Positions 37,545 to 48,248 of a DNA stretch of 64,000 nt are shown here, piece by piece (the stretch's first letter is position 1; each line of letters opens with the position of its first letter). Under the pieces are notes generated by a model. That model saw nothing but the letters and a program-made list of their open reading frames with translations, had not been told where the DNA came from and ran no database searches. Both the position numbers and the translations under genes were made by a program. This DNA comes from Candidatus Eiseniibacteriota bacterium (lineage in GTDB: Bacteria; Orphanbacterota; Orphanbacteria; Orphanbacterales; Orphanbacteraceae). The stretch covers positions 266,381 through 330,380 of the forward strand of contig JAJCZU010000008.1 of the NCBI GenBank assembly GCA_029262235.1. Direction: 5' to 3'.

Positions 37545-40416
37545 AGGTACTCCCTCCTTGGCGCAGCCTTACAAGATACACCCCACTACCAACGGGGCGC
37601 CCCCTGTCGTCTGTTCCGTTCCAACTCTCATTGGCGAGGCCACTTTTCCGGTGTCCATCGAAAAGTGTACGTATCAAGCGTCCTTCTACTGAATAAACTT
37701 GCAACGATACTGGCCCAGAATGCGCCACCCAATAACTGATGTTCGTAACTGGATTGAACGGTGATGGTTGAACCATAAGATAAGTCGGGTCAGCTTGGTC
37801 ATCACTTGCTTCGAAGGGTGGCGTGGATGTCTGGATTCCGAGCGGAAATCTCAACAAAAAGACATCCCAATGTGATGGAGAGGAGCCCCCTGCGTATGAC
37901 GTATCGTATGCATCTCGCGTAACAGGGAAATCCAAAGATTCCGTAAATCCACTCAGAGTCACATCTTGCCCGACTATGGCAGTTCCGCCTCTTGAGATGT
38001 CGCTCCCCGATCCACCAATGTAGGTTGAGTATAGGATCGTTTGCAGGTTCGAGTCCAACTGTGAAACAACTATATCGGATTCCCCATTGGGGAGAAGGTC
38101 AATCGCACTGAAAGTTGTCGGGTAGTCATCCGAGTCAGTGTGTCCGACTATTACCGGCCGACAACCGTCGTCAACAACAACTCCCCATATTTGGTCATCA
38201 AGGGCCCCTCCAATGTACGTAGAGTAGACTGGCGCCTGAATGTCCGGGTCATATACCACTAGGAACCCATCGGTCTGACCGGCCTTTGTTTCGCTATGAG
38301 CACCGGAGCTAGTGGGGAAGCTATCCGAAGTTGTGTAGCCAGCAACCACGATGCGCCCCTGGCAATCCGCAACCGCCGACAGGGCTCGGTCACTCAGTTC
38401 ACCACCTAAGTATGTGCTATGGATGATATTGCTCCGAGACGAGTCAAGTACCGTAATGAATCCGTCCCGGGGCCCTCCCAATGTCGCGTCATATGGTGAC
38501 TCAAGTGGGAAGTCAGACGAGTTTGTGTTCCCACAAATGGTCAGGACATTGCCGCCACCAACAACCAAATCCCGAGGCTGGTCATAGTCATTACCCCCCA
38601 AGTACGTGGAATACAAGAGCGATTGGGCCCGGTCATCGAACTCTGAGACGAATACATCTGCGTCATCGTTCAAGGCGTCCTGAATCGCGCCGGCAGTTGT
38701 AGGGAAATTCTCACTTGCCGTGTCCCCGGTTACAATGATTCGACCGGGCCTCTCAAGGGATAGGTCTCTCCCGTATTCACCGTTGTCACCCCCAAGAAAC
38801 GTCGAGGCGATTAGGGTATCACCGCCTGCTGAGAGTATAAAGAGAGTTAGGTCCCCAAAGCTCGTTGAGTCAGCCAACGTGACATCATAGGCATTGGGGC
38901 TTGTCGGGAAGTCAGGCGAGTTTGATCTCCCCACTACGAAAGCCCTTCCAGTTGTGTCCAGTTTTACTTTTCTCGCAACATCATCCCTTCTCCCACCGAT
39001 CAGCGTTGAATAGATTAGCTCATTACCGGCGGCGTTTATCTCCGTTACAATCGCGTCAAAAAGCCCGTCCAGGGTATCATCGTAGCTTCCGGGCGTTGTT
39101 GGAAACCCATCGAAGTAGCTTGTCTCCCCCACCGAGACAACGTTTCCCGAGGAATCCGTAGCCAGGCTATAAGACGACTCACTGCCTATTCCGCCAAGGT
39201 ATGTGCTCCACTCGAGACCGGGGTCGATCGTGAAACCCTTGGTTGAATCAACTCCCCGCACCTCATATGTCAGCGTATCCCTTCCAAGTATGACGTACGC
39301 CACGCCCGCAAAATCGTTGCCGTCCTGAATAATTGTTGGGGCAGTTTCACGGTAGGTGTCAAAGCCAAGATGCAACGATAGCGTCTCATCGCTTCTTATG
39401 GTCAACGAATCAACACCCTCGTAAAGTATCCTCAGCTGCTGGAGGTCAGCTCCTGGAGCAACCTCCACATCATACTTGAGCAGGCCCCCTAGACTTCGGT
39501 ACACAATATCAATGCCTTCGTAGACATTGCTGTACTCAACGGTTTCATATGGATTTGCACCAGTAACCCACTTGGCCCGGTCATCTCCCAAAAAGAAATT
39601 GTAGGTGCCCGGCGCTTGAGTACCCCCTTCAACAGAACCGCCTTCGCTGCGATCAAGAAATGTGCATTGAATTGCGTTACCGATGCGCCGGCGGCTGTTT
39701 GGGCCGTCGACTATGTCTCGCACAATATCGACCAATATTCCATCAGTCCGAAACGATACCGAGCCGCTCGACCTAGCTGTGTAATACAGAGTCGAGCGTG
39801 GCAATTGCCCTTTGTTCTCAATAAAGTGTGCTCCCACTGAATAGGGACGTGCAGCGTCTTCGCGGCCTCCCCCCTCGCCGCTCTGCGCTTCCTCGGTACC
39901 GCTTGCGCAGACCGTTGCGATCGAACCCACTACGAACTCTCGTTGTGCCAGCGTGTCATCCATCCAAGCAGACATTTCCAGGTCAGAGATGAAATCGGAG
40001 CAATCTCCAGGCTCAGTCACCAAGAACCGCAATCGCGCAACCTCTACAGGTGTGTGCAGCAGGGTGCTCATGGAGAAATCCGTCGCCTGTAACAGCACAG
40101 TTCCGTCACTGTTTTCCGAAACTGGGACACACTCCCATCCACTCGGGCTGACGTAAATCTCGGTCAGAGTGTCCTGAATCCACTCTAAGCTCCCGGACGT
40201 ATCGCCGAAGGTCAGGCCGAACGCGTAAAGCGAGTCTGTTTCGGTTAGCCAAATCCGAACAAGGACAGTGTCGCCTTCGTCGACACCGACCGAATCAGGC
40301 CCGTTCGTAGCATTGGAATCGAGGTCTGCCACAATCGAGAGGCCAGCAACGGCCGAAGAAGAAAGGGCAAACAGCGCGAGAACGATTGAGATTCCTAAGA
40401 AGCGAGTAGGGAACAT
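37516..40416 (-). CDS. secreted SBBP beta-propeller repeat protein with N-terminal cohesin-like and C-terminal FlgD-Ig/T9SS-like sorting domain
   Basis: TAAGGAGG SD; signal peptide; FIENKGQ domain; repeated YSTYLGG...D...G.T.S.DFPTT; tail PSPFNP.T.I.Y...L.VY...GR.IRTL...W.G.D..GR.V.SGVY.VRL. Confidence 0.88.
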   Translation of the reverse strand: MFPTRFLGISIVLALFALSSSAVAGLSIVADLDSNATNGPDSVGVDEGDTVLVRIWLTETDSLYAFGLTFGDTSGSLEWIQDTLTEIYVSPSGWECVPVSENSDGTVLLQATDFSMSTLLHTPVEVARLRFLVTEPGDCSDFISDLEMSAWMDDTLAQREFVVGSIATVCASGTEEAQSGEGGGREDAARPYSVGAHFIENKGQLPRSTLYYTARSSGSVSFRTDGILVDIVRDIVDGPNSRRRIGNAIQCTFLDRSEGGSVEGGTQAPGTYNFFLGDDRAKWVTGANPYETVEYSNVYEGIDIVYRSLGGLLKYDVEVAPGADLQQLRILYEGVDSLTIRSDETLSLHLGFDTYRETAPTIIQDGNDFAGVAYVILGRDTLTYEVRGVDSTKGFTIDPGLEWSTYLGGIGSESSYSLATDSSGNVVSVGETSYFDGFPTTPGSYDDTLDGLFDAIVTEINAAGNELIYSTLIGGRRDDVARKVKLDTTGRAFVVGRSNSPDFPTSPNAYDVTLADSTSFGDLTLFILSAGGDTLIASTFLGGDNGEYGRDLSLERPGRIIVTGDTASENFPTTAGAIQDALNDDADVFVSEFDDRAQSLLYSTYLGGNDYDQPRDLVVGGGNVLTICGNTNSSDFPLESPYDATLGGPRDGFITVLDSSRSNIIHSTYLGGELSDRALSAVADCQGRIVVAGYTTSDSFPTSSGAHSETKAGQTDGFLVVYDPDIQAPVYSTYIGGALDDQIWGVVVDDGCRPVIVGHTDSDDYPTTFSAIDLLPNGESDIVVSQLDSNLQTILYSTYIGGSGSDISRGGTAIVGQDVTLSGFTESLDFPVTRDAYDTSYAGGSSPSHWDVFLLRFPLGIQTSTPPFEASDDQADPTYLMVQPSPFNPVTNISYWVAHSGPVSLQVYSVEGRLIRTLFDGHRKSGLANESWNGTDDRGRPVGSGVYLVRLRQGGSTYASKITLLR

Positions 40417-40825
40417 TGACGGCCTCCTTAGTACCAGAGGGCAGTCGCTGAAGAACACGGCACCCCTGGTTAGGGCATTGCAAGGAGTGCTCAGGTTCCC
40501 TGAGAGGCGAACCCGAATAGATGTGACCATAGGATGCAGGTCCTTATCCAAACGGTCTATACGTATGTTCCACACATAAAACGTTATGTGAGCGAAAGCC
40601 TCGTAAAATCCGCGCTTCTTCCGGTTTGGTCCAGTATCTTCGCGGGGAGGTCGGCGCGGCTTAACGGGGTCCGTCATCACCGACACTCCGGCCTTGACTC
40701 CAGCGAATCAGGACTCCAACCGGTCGCGCCCGGCTCGTAATCGCACCCTCCCCTCCCTCCGATGCCGCGTGCCTCCGCTCTCTTTGAGAGGCACGGGGCT
40801 TCTCGGTTTCAGGGAGGAACAAGCT

Positions 40826-41101
40826 ATGCACGAACCAAACGAACTCATCTTCGGAACTCACTTCGAAAGGCTTCTCCGGGCGAAACTGCTTGGCGCTCAG
40901 AAAGTGAAGTACGCTCTCGCGCTTCTCTTCGGATTCTGGCTCTGCGGACTTTTGGTCGAAGCGCTTCGCGCCTTATCCGGATTGAACCGTATGGAACTCT
41001 TCCGGAGACGGAGCAAAGGAAAAGGGCCCGACCCCCGAACGAGGATCGGGCCCACGTGGTCGTTAGGCCCGCGGATGAACCGGGGAGCCGAGCTCGCTTA
41101 A
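40826..41101 (+). CDS. small hypothetical protein with one hydrophobic segment (possible remnant)
   Basis: GGGAGGA SD; MHEPNELIF...YALALLFGFWLCGLLVEAL; a hairpin at 41024-41053 lies inside the frame. Confidence 0.35.
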   Translation: MHEPNELIFGTHFERLLRAKLLGAQKVKYALALLFGFWLCGLLVEALRALSGLNRMELFRRRSKGKGPDPRTRIGPTWSLGPRMNRGAELA

Positions 41102-41342
41102 GCGCTCGGGCGTGAAATGAAGGTCGCGCTCGATGCGAAGACCGGAAGGACTCTGAGCAGCCTCGAGCTCGCGAAGACTGAAGTAGCCAGGCAAATCGCT
41201 GCTCCAAACTCGCCCCGCCCCCACTGGCCCGCCTCCAGCCGACGTGATATCTTCTCCCTGTCCGGAATACGCAGTCAACCATTTCAGTTCATAGAGCTCG
41301 CATCGGCTTTTCGAAGCTCGCACCGAGACGGAGGATTCGCAC

Positions 41343-43385
41343 GTGTCAGGGAAGACGCAATGGAACAAGGTCGCCGTTGTCGGCGGCGGCAACATGGGGA
41401 GCGGAATCGCGCAGAAGATCGCGACCGAGGGGATTCCGGTGGTTCTCGTCGACCTGAACGAAGCCGCCGTGGCTGCCGGCCTCGAGCGGATCAAGACGAC
41501 GCTTGCCGAGGGCGTGGAGCGCCGCATCTTTCGCGCCGAGCAGGCCGAGCAGATCCTGGCGCGCGTGACGGGAGCGCACGATCTCGCGGAAATCGCGGAC
41601 GCCGATCTCGTGATCGAAGCGGTGTTCGAAGATCTGGACGTGAAGCGCAAGCTGTTCCGCGATCTCGACAAGGCGTGCGGCCCGGATACGATCCTGGCGA
41701 CGAACACGTCTTCGTTCTACGTGCAGTCTGTCGCCGACGCGACGAAGCGCGCCGACCGCGTGGTCGGCCTTCACTACTTTTATCATCCCGCAAAAAACCG
41801 TCTCGTCGAAGTGATCCCGGCGAAGGAAACGTCCGACGCCACGTACAAGCGCGCCTGGTCGCTGCAGGAGATGATCGGCAAGACGCCCATTCACTCCGAA
41901 GACGCGCCCGGTTTCGTCGTGAACCGCTACTTCGTGCCCTGGCTGAACGCGGCCGTACGCCTGCTCGAAGAGGGCAAGGGGAACGAGGCGACGATCGACG
42001 CGGCGGCGAAGAAGGCGTTTCGGATCGGCATGGGGCCCTTCGAGCTCATGAACGTGACGGGCGTTCCGATCGCGTTTCATGCGGCGACGACGCTCGGCAA
42101 GGAGCTGGGCGACTTCTACGCGCCCGCGCGCGGCCTCGCCGGCCAGGTGGAGAAGGGCGAAAACTGGTCGCTCGACGGCGCTATCGAAGAGGCGAGGTTC
42201 GCGGAAATCGGCGACCGCCTGCTTGCCGTCACGGTGTACGTCGCGGCCAGGCTCGTCGAAGAGAACGTCGCCTCGATCGAAGACACGGATATCGGCGCCC
42301 GCGTCGGCCTTCGCTGGGCGAAGGGTCCGTTCGAGCTCGCGAACCTTGTCGGCCTCGCAAAAATAAAGTCGAGCGTCGACGCGCTCCGCGCACAGTACGA
42401 CCTGCCGCCGGCAACGCTGCTCGACGAGCGCGCCGCAAAGAACCTGCCGTTCACGTTCGAGGTCGTGACGCTCGGCGTGACAGGCGGCATCGCCACGCTC
42501 ACAATCCGGCGCCCCGACGCGATGAACGCGCTGAACGAAGCAGTGGTCCGTCAACTGACGCAGCGGTTCGACGAAGCGGAGAAGCGGGGGGATGTAAAAA
42601 CGATCGTGCTCGACGGTTCGGGCAAGGCGTTCGTGGCGGGCGCCGACATTCGCTACTTCGTGAAGAACATCAAGGCGAACCGTCTCGACCGCATCCGGGA
42701 ATTCACGCGCGCCGGGCAGGATCTGCTGAAGCGCATCGACCGCTCGAAGAAACAGATCATCGCGAAGGTCGACGGACTTTCGCTCGGCGGCGGCAGTGAA
42801 CTCGCGCTCTGCGCGGACGAAATCGTCGTGACCGACCGCGGCATGTTCGGCTTCCCGGAAACGGGCATCGGTATCTATCCCGGCCTCGGCGGCACGCAGC
42901 GCACGCGCGAGCGAATCGGCGTCGCGATGGCGAAATACCTCGTGTACACGGGCCAGATGATCGACGGGAAAACCGCGGTCGCGATCGGCCTCGCGGACCA
43001 TTTCGTTCCGCGGGACCAGGTGGACGCGAAAATTCGCGAACTCGCCGCGAATCCGACGCCGAAGGAACGCGCCGTGAAGCCCGCGCCCCCTCAGTTCGAA
43101 GCCGTGACGAAGTATCTGACCGCGCACACTGCCATGGAGATCTTCGCGGGCAGGGCGGACCCCGGCGATGACGTCGCGACGCAGAAAACGGCGAAGAAAA
43201 TCGCTTCGAAGGCGCCGATCGCGCTTCGGATCGCGGAAAAACTGATTGAAGGTGGGGATGGAAGGCCCCTCGACGAAGGCCTCGAGATGGAACTCGCCCA
43301 TCTCGAGGAAATCTTCTCGTCGGAGGATGCTCTTACCGGTCTATCCTCGCTCGGAGGGGGCCGTCCCGAGTTCAAGGACCGGTAG
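41343..43385 (+). CDS. 3-hydroxyacyl-CoA dehydrogenase / enoyl-CoA hydratase fusion (HAD N-terminal, ECH C-terminal)
   Basis: GGGNMGSGIA, EAVFE, ATNTSS, GLHYF, PGFVVNR, MGPFEL; then MNALN, AFVAGADI, GGGSELAL, FPE..IGI.PG.GGTQR. Confidence 0.93.
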   Translation: MSGKTQWNKVAVVGGGNMGSGIAQKIATEGIPVVLVDLNEAAVAAGLERIKTTLAEGVERRIFRAEQAEQILARVTGAHDLAEIADADLVIEAVFEDLDVKRKLFRDLDKACGPDTILATNTSSFYVQSVADATKRADRVVGLHYFYHPAKNRLVEVIPAKETSDATYKRAWSLQEMIGKTPIHSEDAPGFVVNRYFVPWLNAAVRLLEEGKGNEATIDAAAKKAFRIGMGPFELMNVTGVPIAFHAATTLGKELGDFYAPARGLAGQVEKGENWSLDGAIEEARFAEIGDRLLAVTVYVAARLVEENVASIEDTDIGARVGLRWAKGPFELANLVGLAKIKSSVDALRAQYDLPPATLLDERAAKNLPFTFEVVTLGVTGGIATLTIRRPDAMNALNEAVVRQLTQRFDEAEKRGDVKTIVLDGSGKAFVAGADIRYFVKNIKANRLDRIREFTRAGQDLLKRIDRSKKQIIAKVDGLSLGGGSELALCADEIVVTDRGMFGFPETGIGIYPGLGGTQRTRERIGVAMAKYLVYTGQMIDGKTAVAIGLADHFVPRDQVDAKIRELAANPTPKERAVKPAPPQFEAVTKYLTAHTAMEIFAGRADPGDDVATQKTAKKIASKAPIALRIAEKLIEGGDGRPLDEGLEMELAHLEEIFSSEDALTGLSSLGGGRPEFKDR

Positions 43386-43427
43386 TCGAACCGGCGGTTG
43401 CGCGATTCGACTTATGCTGATCAGCGT

Positions 43428-43697
43428 CTAAACGTGAATGAGGTTTTCCGAACCCCAGACACTGACTCGTCGAATCTGCGTGAACGGAATGAACTGCGTC
43501 ACTCCCTGTACTTCGCCCTTTTTCTTGGCTTCGTACGCGACTTCAATGTAGTCGCCGCCGACACTCACGAGCTTGGCTTCGAACGTTTCCAGGTCGATAG
43601 CGTCCGTAATGGCGCCGCGACGGAAACTCTGCGGATTCACGACCGTAACAGGGCTACCTTCCCACCCTCTCAGGGTGTCGGCAAAGCTTCCCGACAT
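43428..43697 (-). CDS. 89-aa hypothetical protein, possible Sm/LSm-like beta-barrel
   Basis: AAAGGAG SD before ATG at 43697; pattern G..VTVV...FEAKLVSVGGDYIEV...FIPFTQIRRV. Confidence 0.7.
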   Translation of the reverse strand: MSGSFADTLRGWEGSPVTVVNPQSFRRGAITDAIDLETFEAKLVSVGGDYIEVAYEAKKKGEVQGVTQFIPFTQIRRVSVWGSENLIHV

Positions 43698-43899
43698 TCG
43701 GCTCTCCTTTCGCTGACGTTGTGAAGATCGTCCAGAATTCCAGCTAAGCCGTAATGATAGCAACAACTTCTCATGGGGGAAAGAGTCAAAATGTCCCCCC
43801 GGTACCGCGATACGCCCACGGGGCCCCTGCGGGACCCTCGGTCCTAGACTCATGTTATCAGGGAACTTACCGATATTCAGATTGGAAGGACCAGTGAAC

Positions 43900-45009
43900 A
43901 TGACCTGGATAGAATCACGTCTGCGCCCGGAAGTGCAGGGCGACCCGTATCGCCAGATTTGTCGCGCGCTCATGAAGGAGTCGAGTGACGGCGTCGTCAT
44001 TCTGGGCCCCGACTGGACCGTCGACGACATCAACTACCGCGCGCGCAAATACCTCGACCTCGTCGGCAGGAGTCTGGCCGGACTGCGACTGCTCGATCAT
44101 CTCTATTCGACCTATACGCCCACGTTGAGCCGCGGCATTCTCGAGAGCGCGAACACGGACGAAGTGCGCTTTCAGATTCACCGCATCGAAGAAGGACCAC
44201 TTCCCGGGCTGACGCTGAACGCGTTCCTGCGCAAGTGGCGCGACCCGCAGGGCGGCAACGACATCATCATGCTCTTTCTTCGCGACTACACGCAAAGCCG
44301 CCAGCGCGAGTCGATGATGAACGATTTTCTTTCGACCGTTTCGCACAAGCTTCGCACGCCGCTTGCCATTGTAATGGCGAACGCCGAGATGCTCACCGAT
44401 CCCGGAACCGGCGATCTGAACGAGCATCAGAACGAAGCCCTGCAGGAGATTCAGGGGGGCGCGAAAAAGCTGGAGAAGCTGATCGAAAAGCTGCTTTCGT
44501 TTGCGACGCCCACGATCGCGGCCGAACTCGACACGTCGGTGGAGGTGCTCTCCGATTTCCTGACCAGCTATGTGAACGACGTCACGCGGAAGGAGCGGCC
44601 GCGTTCGTTCGCACTCACCCTGGAAATCGAAGACACGGCGAAGGCGGTGCAGTTCCGCTTCGCGCTGCTTCGCATGGTTCTCGACAACCTGATCGAAAAC
44701 GCGGTGAAGTTCAACACGCGTGAGAACGCCGAGATCAGCATCGAAGCGTGTGTGCGGGACGAAGATCGTGTCGAAATCGCGATTCGCGATAATGGCACGG
44801 GGATTCCGGCCGAAGACATCGACCGCGTGTTCGACAAGTTCTATCAGATCGACCGCTTCCAGACGGGGCGCGTGGACGGCGCCGGACTCGGTCTCGCGCT
44901 CGTGAAGCGCATCATGCAGACGCAGGGCGGTTCGATCGAAGTCGCCTCCGAACTCGGCAAGGGCTCCGAGTTCAAGATCACCTTTCCGACGGCGAACGCA
45001 GTTTCGTAA
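43900..45009 (+). CDS. cytoplasmic PAS-domain sensor histidine kinase
   Basis: H-box VSHKLRTPL; N-box NLIENAVKF; DNGTGI, F.KFYQ, GAGLGL. Confidence 0.92.
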   Translation: MTWIESRLRPEVQGDPYRQICRALMKESSDGVVILGPDWTVDDINYRARKYLDLVGRSLAGLRLLDHLYSTYTPTLSRGILESANTDEVRFQIHRIEEGPLPGLTLNAFLRKWRDPQGGNDIIMLFLRDYTQSRQRESMMNDFLSTVSHKLRTPLAIVMANAEMLTDPGTGDLNEHQNEALQEIQGGAKKLEKLIEKLLSFATPTIAAELDTSVEVLSDFLTSYVNDVTRKERPRSFALTLEIEDTAKAVQFRFALLRMVLDNLIENAVKFNTRENAEISIEACVRDEDRVEIAIRDNGTGIPAEDIDRVFDKFYQIDRFQTGRVDGAGLGLALVKRIMQTQGGSIEVASELGKGSEFKITFPTANAVS

Positions 45010-45943
45010 TCGCGTCGAGGCCGTCTCCACCGAACCATTTTTCCGTAAAGTGCAGGAAGTCGGCGGGCGGGTCCGCGAAGAAGAAGCGCTCTTCGTCGCC
45101 GGGTACCGTAAGCGTGAGCGCGAAGGCGTGCAGCAGCAGGCGGTCCGTTTCTTCTCCACCGCCGTACACCGTGTCGCCCGAAACCGGATGCTCCGCGTCG
45201 GCCGTGTGCAGACGGATCTGGTGCCGCCTCCCCTCGCGGATCTCGACTCGGGCCAGCGTGCGCCGCTCGTTCTTCGCGCGCGCGATCGGCGTCACGAACG
45301 TCTGCGCTGCAATCCCGTTCGCGTCGATCTTCATCCGCTTGCCGCTCTGATGCGCCATCCCTTTGCGAATGTTCAGCGAGCGCACGAGATTGCCGTCGAG
45401 AATCGCAACGTACTCTTTCTTCACGCGATGGAGCCGCCAGAGCAGGCGCAGATCTTCGTAGTCGTCCTGGGTGCGGGCGGCGAGAATGACGCCCGAAGTC
45501 GCGGTATCGAGCCGGTGTACGAGCCCGCCTTCGAGCGGCCCGCCGACGTCCGCCAGCGCCGGGTAGCGCGCGACGATTCTGCACGCGAGTGCGTTCGTAT
45601 CGCGATGGGATTTCGGAAGTGTGGGAAGGCCCGGCTGCTTGTTGAACGCGATCATGCGCGCCGTTTCTTCGATCACGACGAGTTCGCCTTCGGGGTCGGG
45701 CAGAATCGTGGCCTGGCGAAGGGCGTGATACCAGGCAAGCGGGATGCGATCGCCCGGCTGCACGGGGTAGCTCTTGCGGACCGGGCGGCCGTTTACGAGC
45801 AGGCGTTTCTCTTCGATCTCGCGACGGATGATCGCGCGCGACAGGCCCTCCAGCCGTGCGGGCAGGAACACGTCGATACGAGTCCCCGCGTCTTCCTCGC
45901 CCACGAGGATCTCGGCCTGCTCGAAACTGTCGTCCTTTGTCAC
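44978..45943 (-). CDS. RluA/RluD-family pseudouridine synthase with S4 domain
   Basis: RID.FL...SR, NK.PGL, LVHRLD..TSGV, GRRHQIR.H, LLHA. Confidence 0.92.
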   Translation of the reverse strand: MTKDDSFEQAEILVGEEDAGTRIDVFLPARLEGLSRAIIRREIEEKRLLVNGRPVRKSYPVQPGDRIPLAWYHALRQATILPDPEGELVVIEETARMIAFNKQPGLPTLPKSHRDTNALACRIVARYPALADVGGPLEGGLVHRLDTATSGVILAARTQDDYEDLRLLWRLHRVKKEYVAILDGNLVRSLNIRKGMAHQSGKRMKIDANGIAAQTFVTPIARAKNERRTLARVEIREGRRHQIRLHTADAEHPVSGDTVYGGGEETDRLLLHAFALTLTVPGDEERFFFADPPADFLHFTEKWFGGDGLDAITKLRSPSER

Positions 45944-48153
45944 CGCGCGCTCTCCCCTGTTTCGTATGGCGCCGCCATCGCCGTTTGCAGCGTTTCGGCC
46001 GACGTGATCGGCGCGTCACAGACGTAATCGCGGCAGATGAACGCAGTCGTTTCGTCCACGTTCTCTTTCCCTTCGAGGATCGGCATGAGCTTCGCAGCCC
46101 TGCGATCCTTACCATCCCAATATACGAAGATTGCGTCAGGGATGAAACGCCTGCTCACGGTTTCGACGAACGCCTCGGTCGCGGGGTCGTCGTCGCCACC
46201 CACAATCACGATCTCGCGCGGGCCGCGGGTGTGAAACGCGAACGCGCAGAGCATCGCCGCGGTACCGCCCGGGCTCCGGCCCATGGGACCGGCGAACGTG
46301 CTGAACAGGCTCTGCAGTTCCATCTCGTACCGCTTGTTCCCGGTGTAGCGCTCGAGCCTCGCGAGGTTCATCGCCGCGATCGAATTCCCCGAAGGCACCG
46401 AGCCGTCGAAAAAGTTTTTCGCCTGCGCGATCAGCTCTTCGTTCTCGTCCCCCGAGTAATGAAACCCGCCGCCGGCAGGATCCATGAAGAGCTCCATCGT
46501 ACGGTCGTTCCACTTTACGGCGCGTTCCAGATAGTCGACATCGAACGTCGTTTCGTAGAGGTCGACAAGCGCCTGCACATAGAACGTGTAGTCGTCGAGG
46601 TAGCCCGGAATCTTCGCCTCGCCTTCTTTGTACGTGTGCATCAGAATGTCGCCCTTGACCATGTTCTCCTGGATGAACCGCGCGGCCTTCTTCGCGCGTT
46701 CGACATAGCGCGCATCCCCGAGGCCACGCCCCGCTCGGGCAAACGCCGAGATCGCGAGCGCGTTCCACGACGCCAGCGCCTTGTCGTCGAGCCCCGGCCG
46801 GATCCGTTTCGCGCGGACGGCGAGCATCTTCGAATCGGCCTTCGCGAGCGCTTCGCGCACGTCGCTCTCCGAGCGCCCGGTCTCGGCCGCGATATCTTCG
46901 ATCGTACGCGCGAGAAAGAGCGTCGTCGTGTTGTGCTCGAAATTGCCCTGCGCGGTCACGCCGTAGCGCGCCATCACGAGGTCCGCGTCATCCGCGCCAA
47001 CGACAGCGCGAACCTCGTCCGGAGTCCATACGTAGAACTTCCCTTCCTCGCCCTCGCTGTCCGCGTCTTCCGACGAAAAGAAACCGCCGCGATCGAACGA
47101 CATTTCGTTCATGAGGTACCCGAGAATCTCGTCCGTAATCCGGCGATACTCGGGCTCGCCCGTCATCTGATACGCCGCGAGGTACACGGGCGCGAGCAGC
47201 GCGTTGTCGTAAAGCATCTTCTCGAAGTGCGGGATGAGCCATTTCTCGTCGACCGAGTAGCGATGAAAGCCGCCGCCGAGCTGATCGTACATGCCGCCCT
47301 TCAACATGCCGTCCAGCGTCCCTTTGATGACGTTCAGTGTCTGGGCATCGCCCGTTTCATAATAGTGGCGAAGAAGGAGCATGAGCCGCGCGCTCGGCGG
47401 AAACTTCGGCGCGCCGCCGAACCCCCCGAACCTGCGGTCGTACGATCGGTTGAACTGGTTGACAGCGACCTCGACGTCCACACCAGCGAGCGACTCGGCC
47501 CCCGCGGGACCCTTCGAACTCTCCCGAATGCGCTCCAGGAGCTCCTCCATCTTCGCCACAGTCTCCGGATCGTTCTTCGACTCCTGATAGAATCCCGAGA
47601 CCTGCCCGAGCAGCGTGCGGAAGCCGGGGCGGCCGCCCTGATCCTCCGGCGGGAAGTACGTGCCCCCGAAGAACGGCTTCTTCTCAGGCGTCAGAAATAC
47701 CGTGAGCGGCCAGCCGCCGCGCCCCGTCATGATCTGGACGGCGGTCATGTAGATGCCGTCGACGTCGGGGCGCTCTTCGCGGTCGACCTTGATGTTCACA
47801 AAGAGCTCGTTCATGATGGCAGCGATCTCTTCGTTCTCGAACGACTCGTGCTCCATCACGTGGCACCAGTGGCAGGCGCTGTAACCGATGGAGAGCAGGA
47901 TCGGTTTGCCTTCTTCGCGCGCCTTCTCGAACGCCTCTTCGCCCCACGGGTACCAGTCGACCGGATTGTGCGCGTGCTGGAGCAGATAGGGGCTCGTTTC
48001 GCGCGCCAGACGGTTCGTGTGCGCGTGCTTCGCGTCGCCCGCATCGCCTTCATCGCCTGCGGCGGAAGGTGTGCCGCCCGAGTCGTCGCGGCACGACATG
48101 CCGGAGATGAACAGAACGAGCGCGCAGCATAGAATGGAGATCGAACGGGTCAC
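45940..48153 (-). CDS. thioredoxin-domain protein (YyaL/SSP411 family), predicted lipoprotein
   Basis: [43 protein letters not shown]; N-terminal hydrophobic stretch ending GMSC. Confidence 0.92.
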   Translation of the reverse strand: MTRSISILCCALVLFISGMSCRDDSGGTPSAAGDEGDAGDAKHAHTNRLARETSPYLLQHAHNPVDWYPWGEEAFEKAREEGKPILLSIGYSACHWCHVMEHESFENEEIAAIMNELFVNIKVDREERPDVDGIYMTAVQIMTGRGGWPLTVFLTPEKKPFFGGTYFPPEDQGGRPGFRTLLGQVSGFYQESKNDPETVAKMEELLERIRESSKGPAGAESLAGVDVEVAVNQFNRSYDRRFGGFGGAPKFPPSARLMLLLRHYYETGDAQTLNVIKGTLDGMLKGGMYDQLGGGFHRYSVDEKWLIPHFEKMLYDNALLAPVYLAAYQMTGEPEYRRITDEILGYLMNEMSFDRGGFFSSEDADSEGEEGKFYVWTPDEVRAVVGADDADLVMARYGVTAQGNFEHNTTTLFLARTIEDIAAETGRSESDVREALAKADSKMLAVRAKRIRPGLDDKALASWNALAISAFARAGRGLGDARYVERAKKAARFIQENMVKGDILMHTYKEGEAKIPGYLDDYTFYVQALVDLYETTFDVDYLERAVKWNDRTMELFMDPAGGGFHYSGDENEELIAQAKNFFDGSVPSGNSIAAMNLARLERYTGNKRYEMELQSLFSTFAGPMGRSPGGTAAMLCAFAFHTRGPREIVIVGGDDDPATEAFVETVSRRFIPDAIFVYWDGKDRRAAKLMPILEGKENVDETTAFICRDYVCDAPITSAETLQTAMAAPYETGESAR

Positions 48154-48248
48154 GGAATCGCTTTCGATGAGAGTGCGGGGCTTTCCCGCAGTATAGGGCA
48201 TACGGTTTTAGCGTGCGACCGAATCACCGGCACGCGTGAGGGACGTTC

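Noticed and set aside
36598-40743. 9-bp inverted match (GATTACGAG / CTCGTAATC) flanking the island as terminal inverted repeats
   Set aside because: Too short, does not extend, and no target-site duplication was seen.
40659-41068. GCTTAAC ... GTTAGGC as an integron attC site
   Set aside because: About 400 bp apart, no internal L-box complementarity, no integrase.
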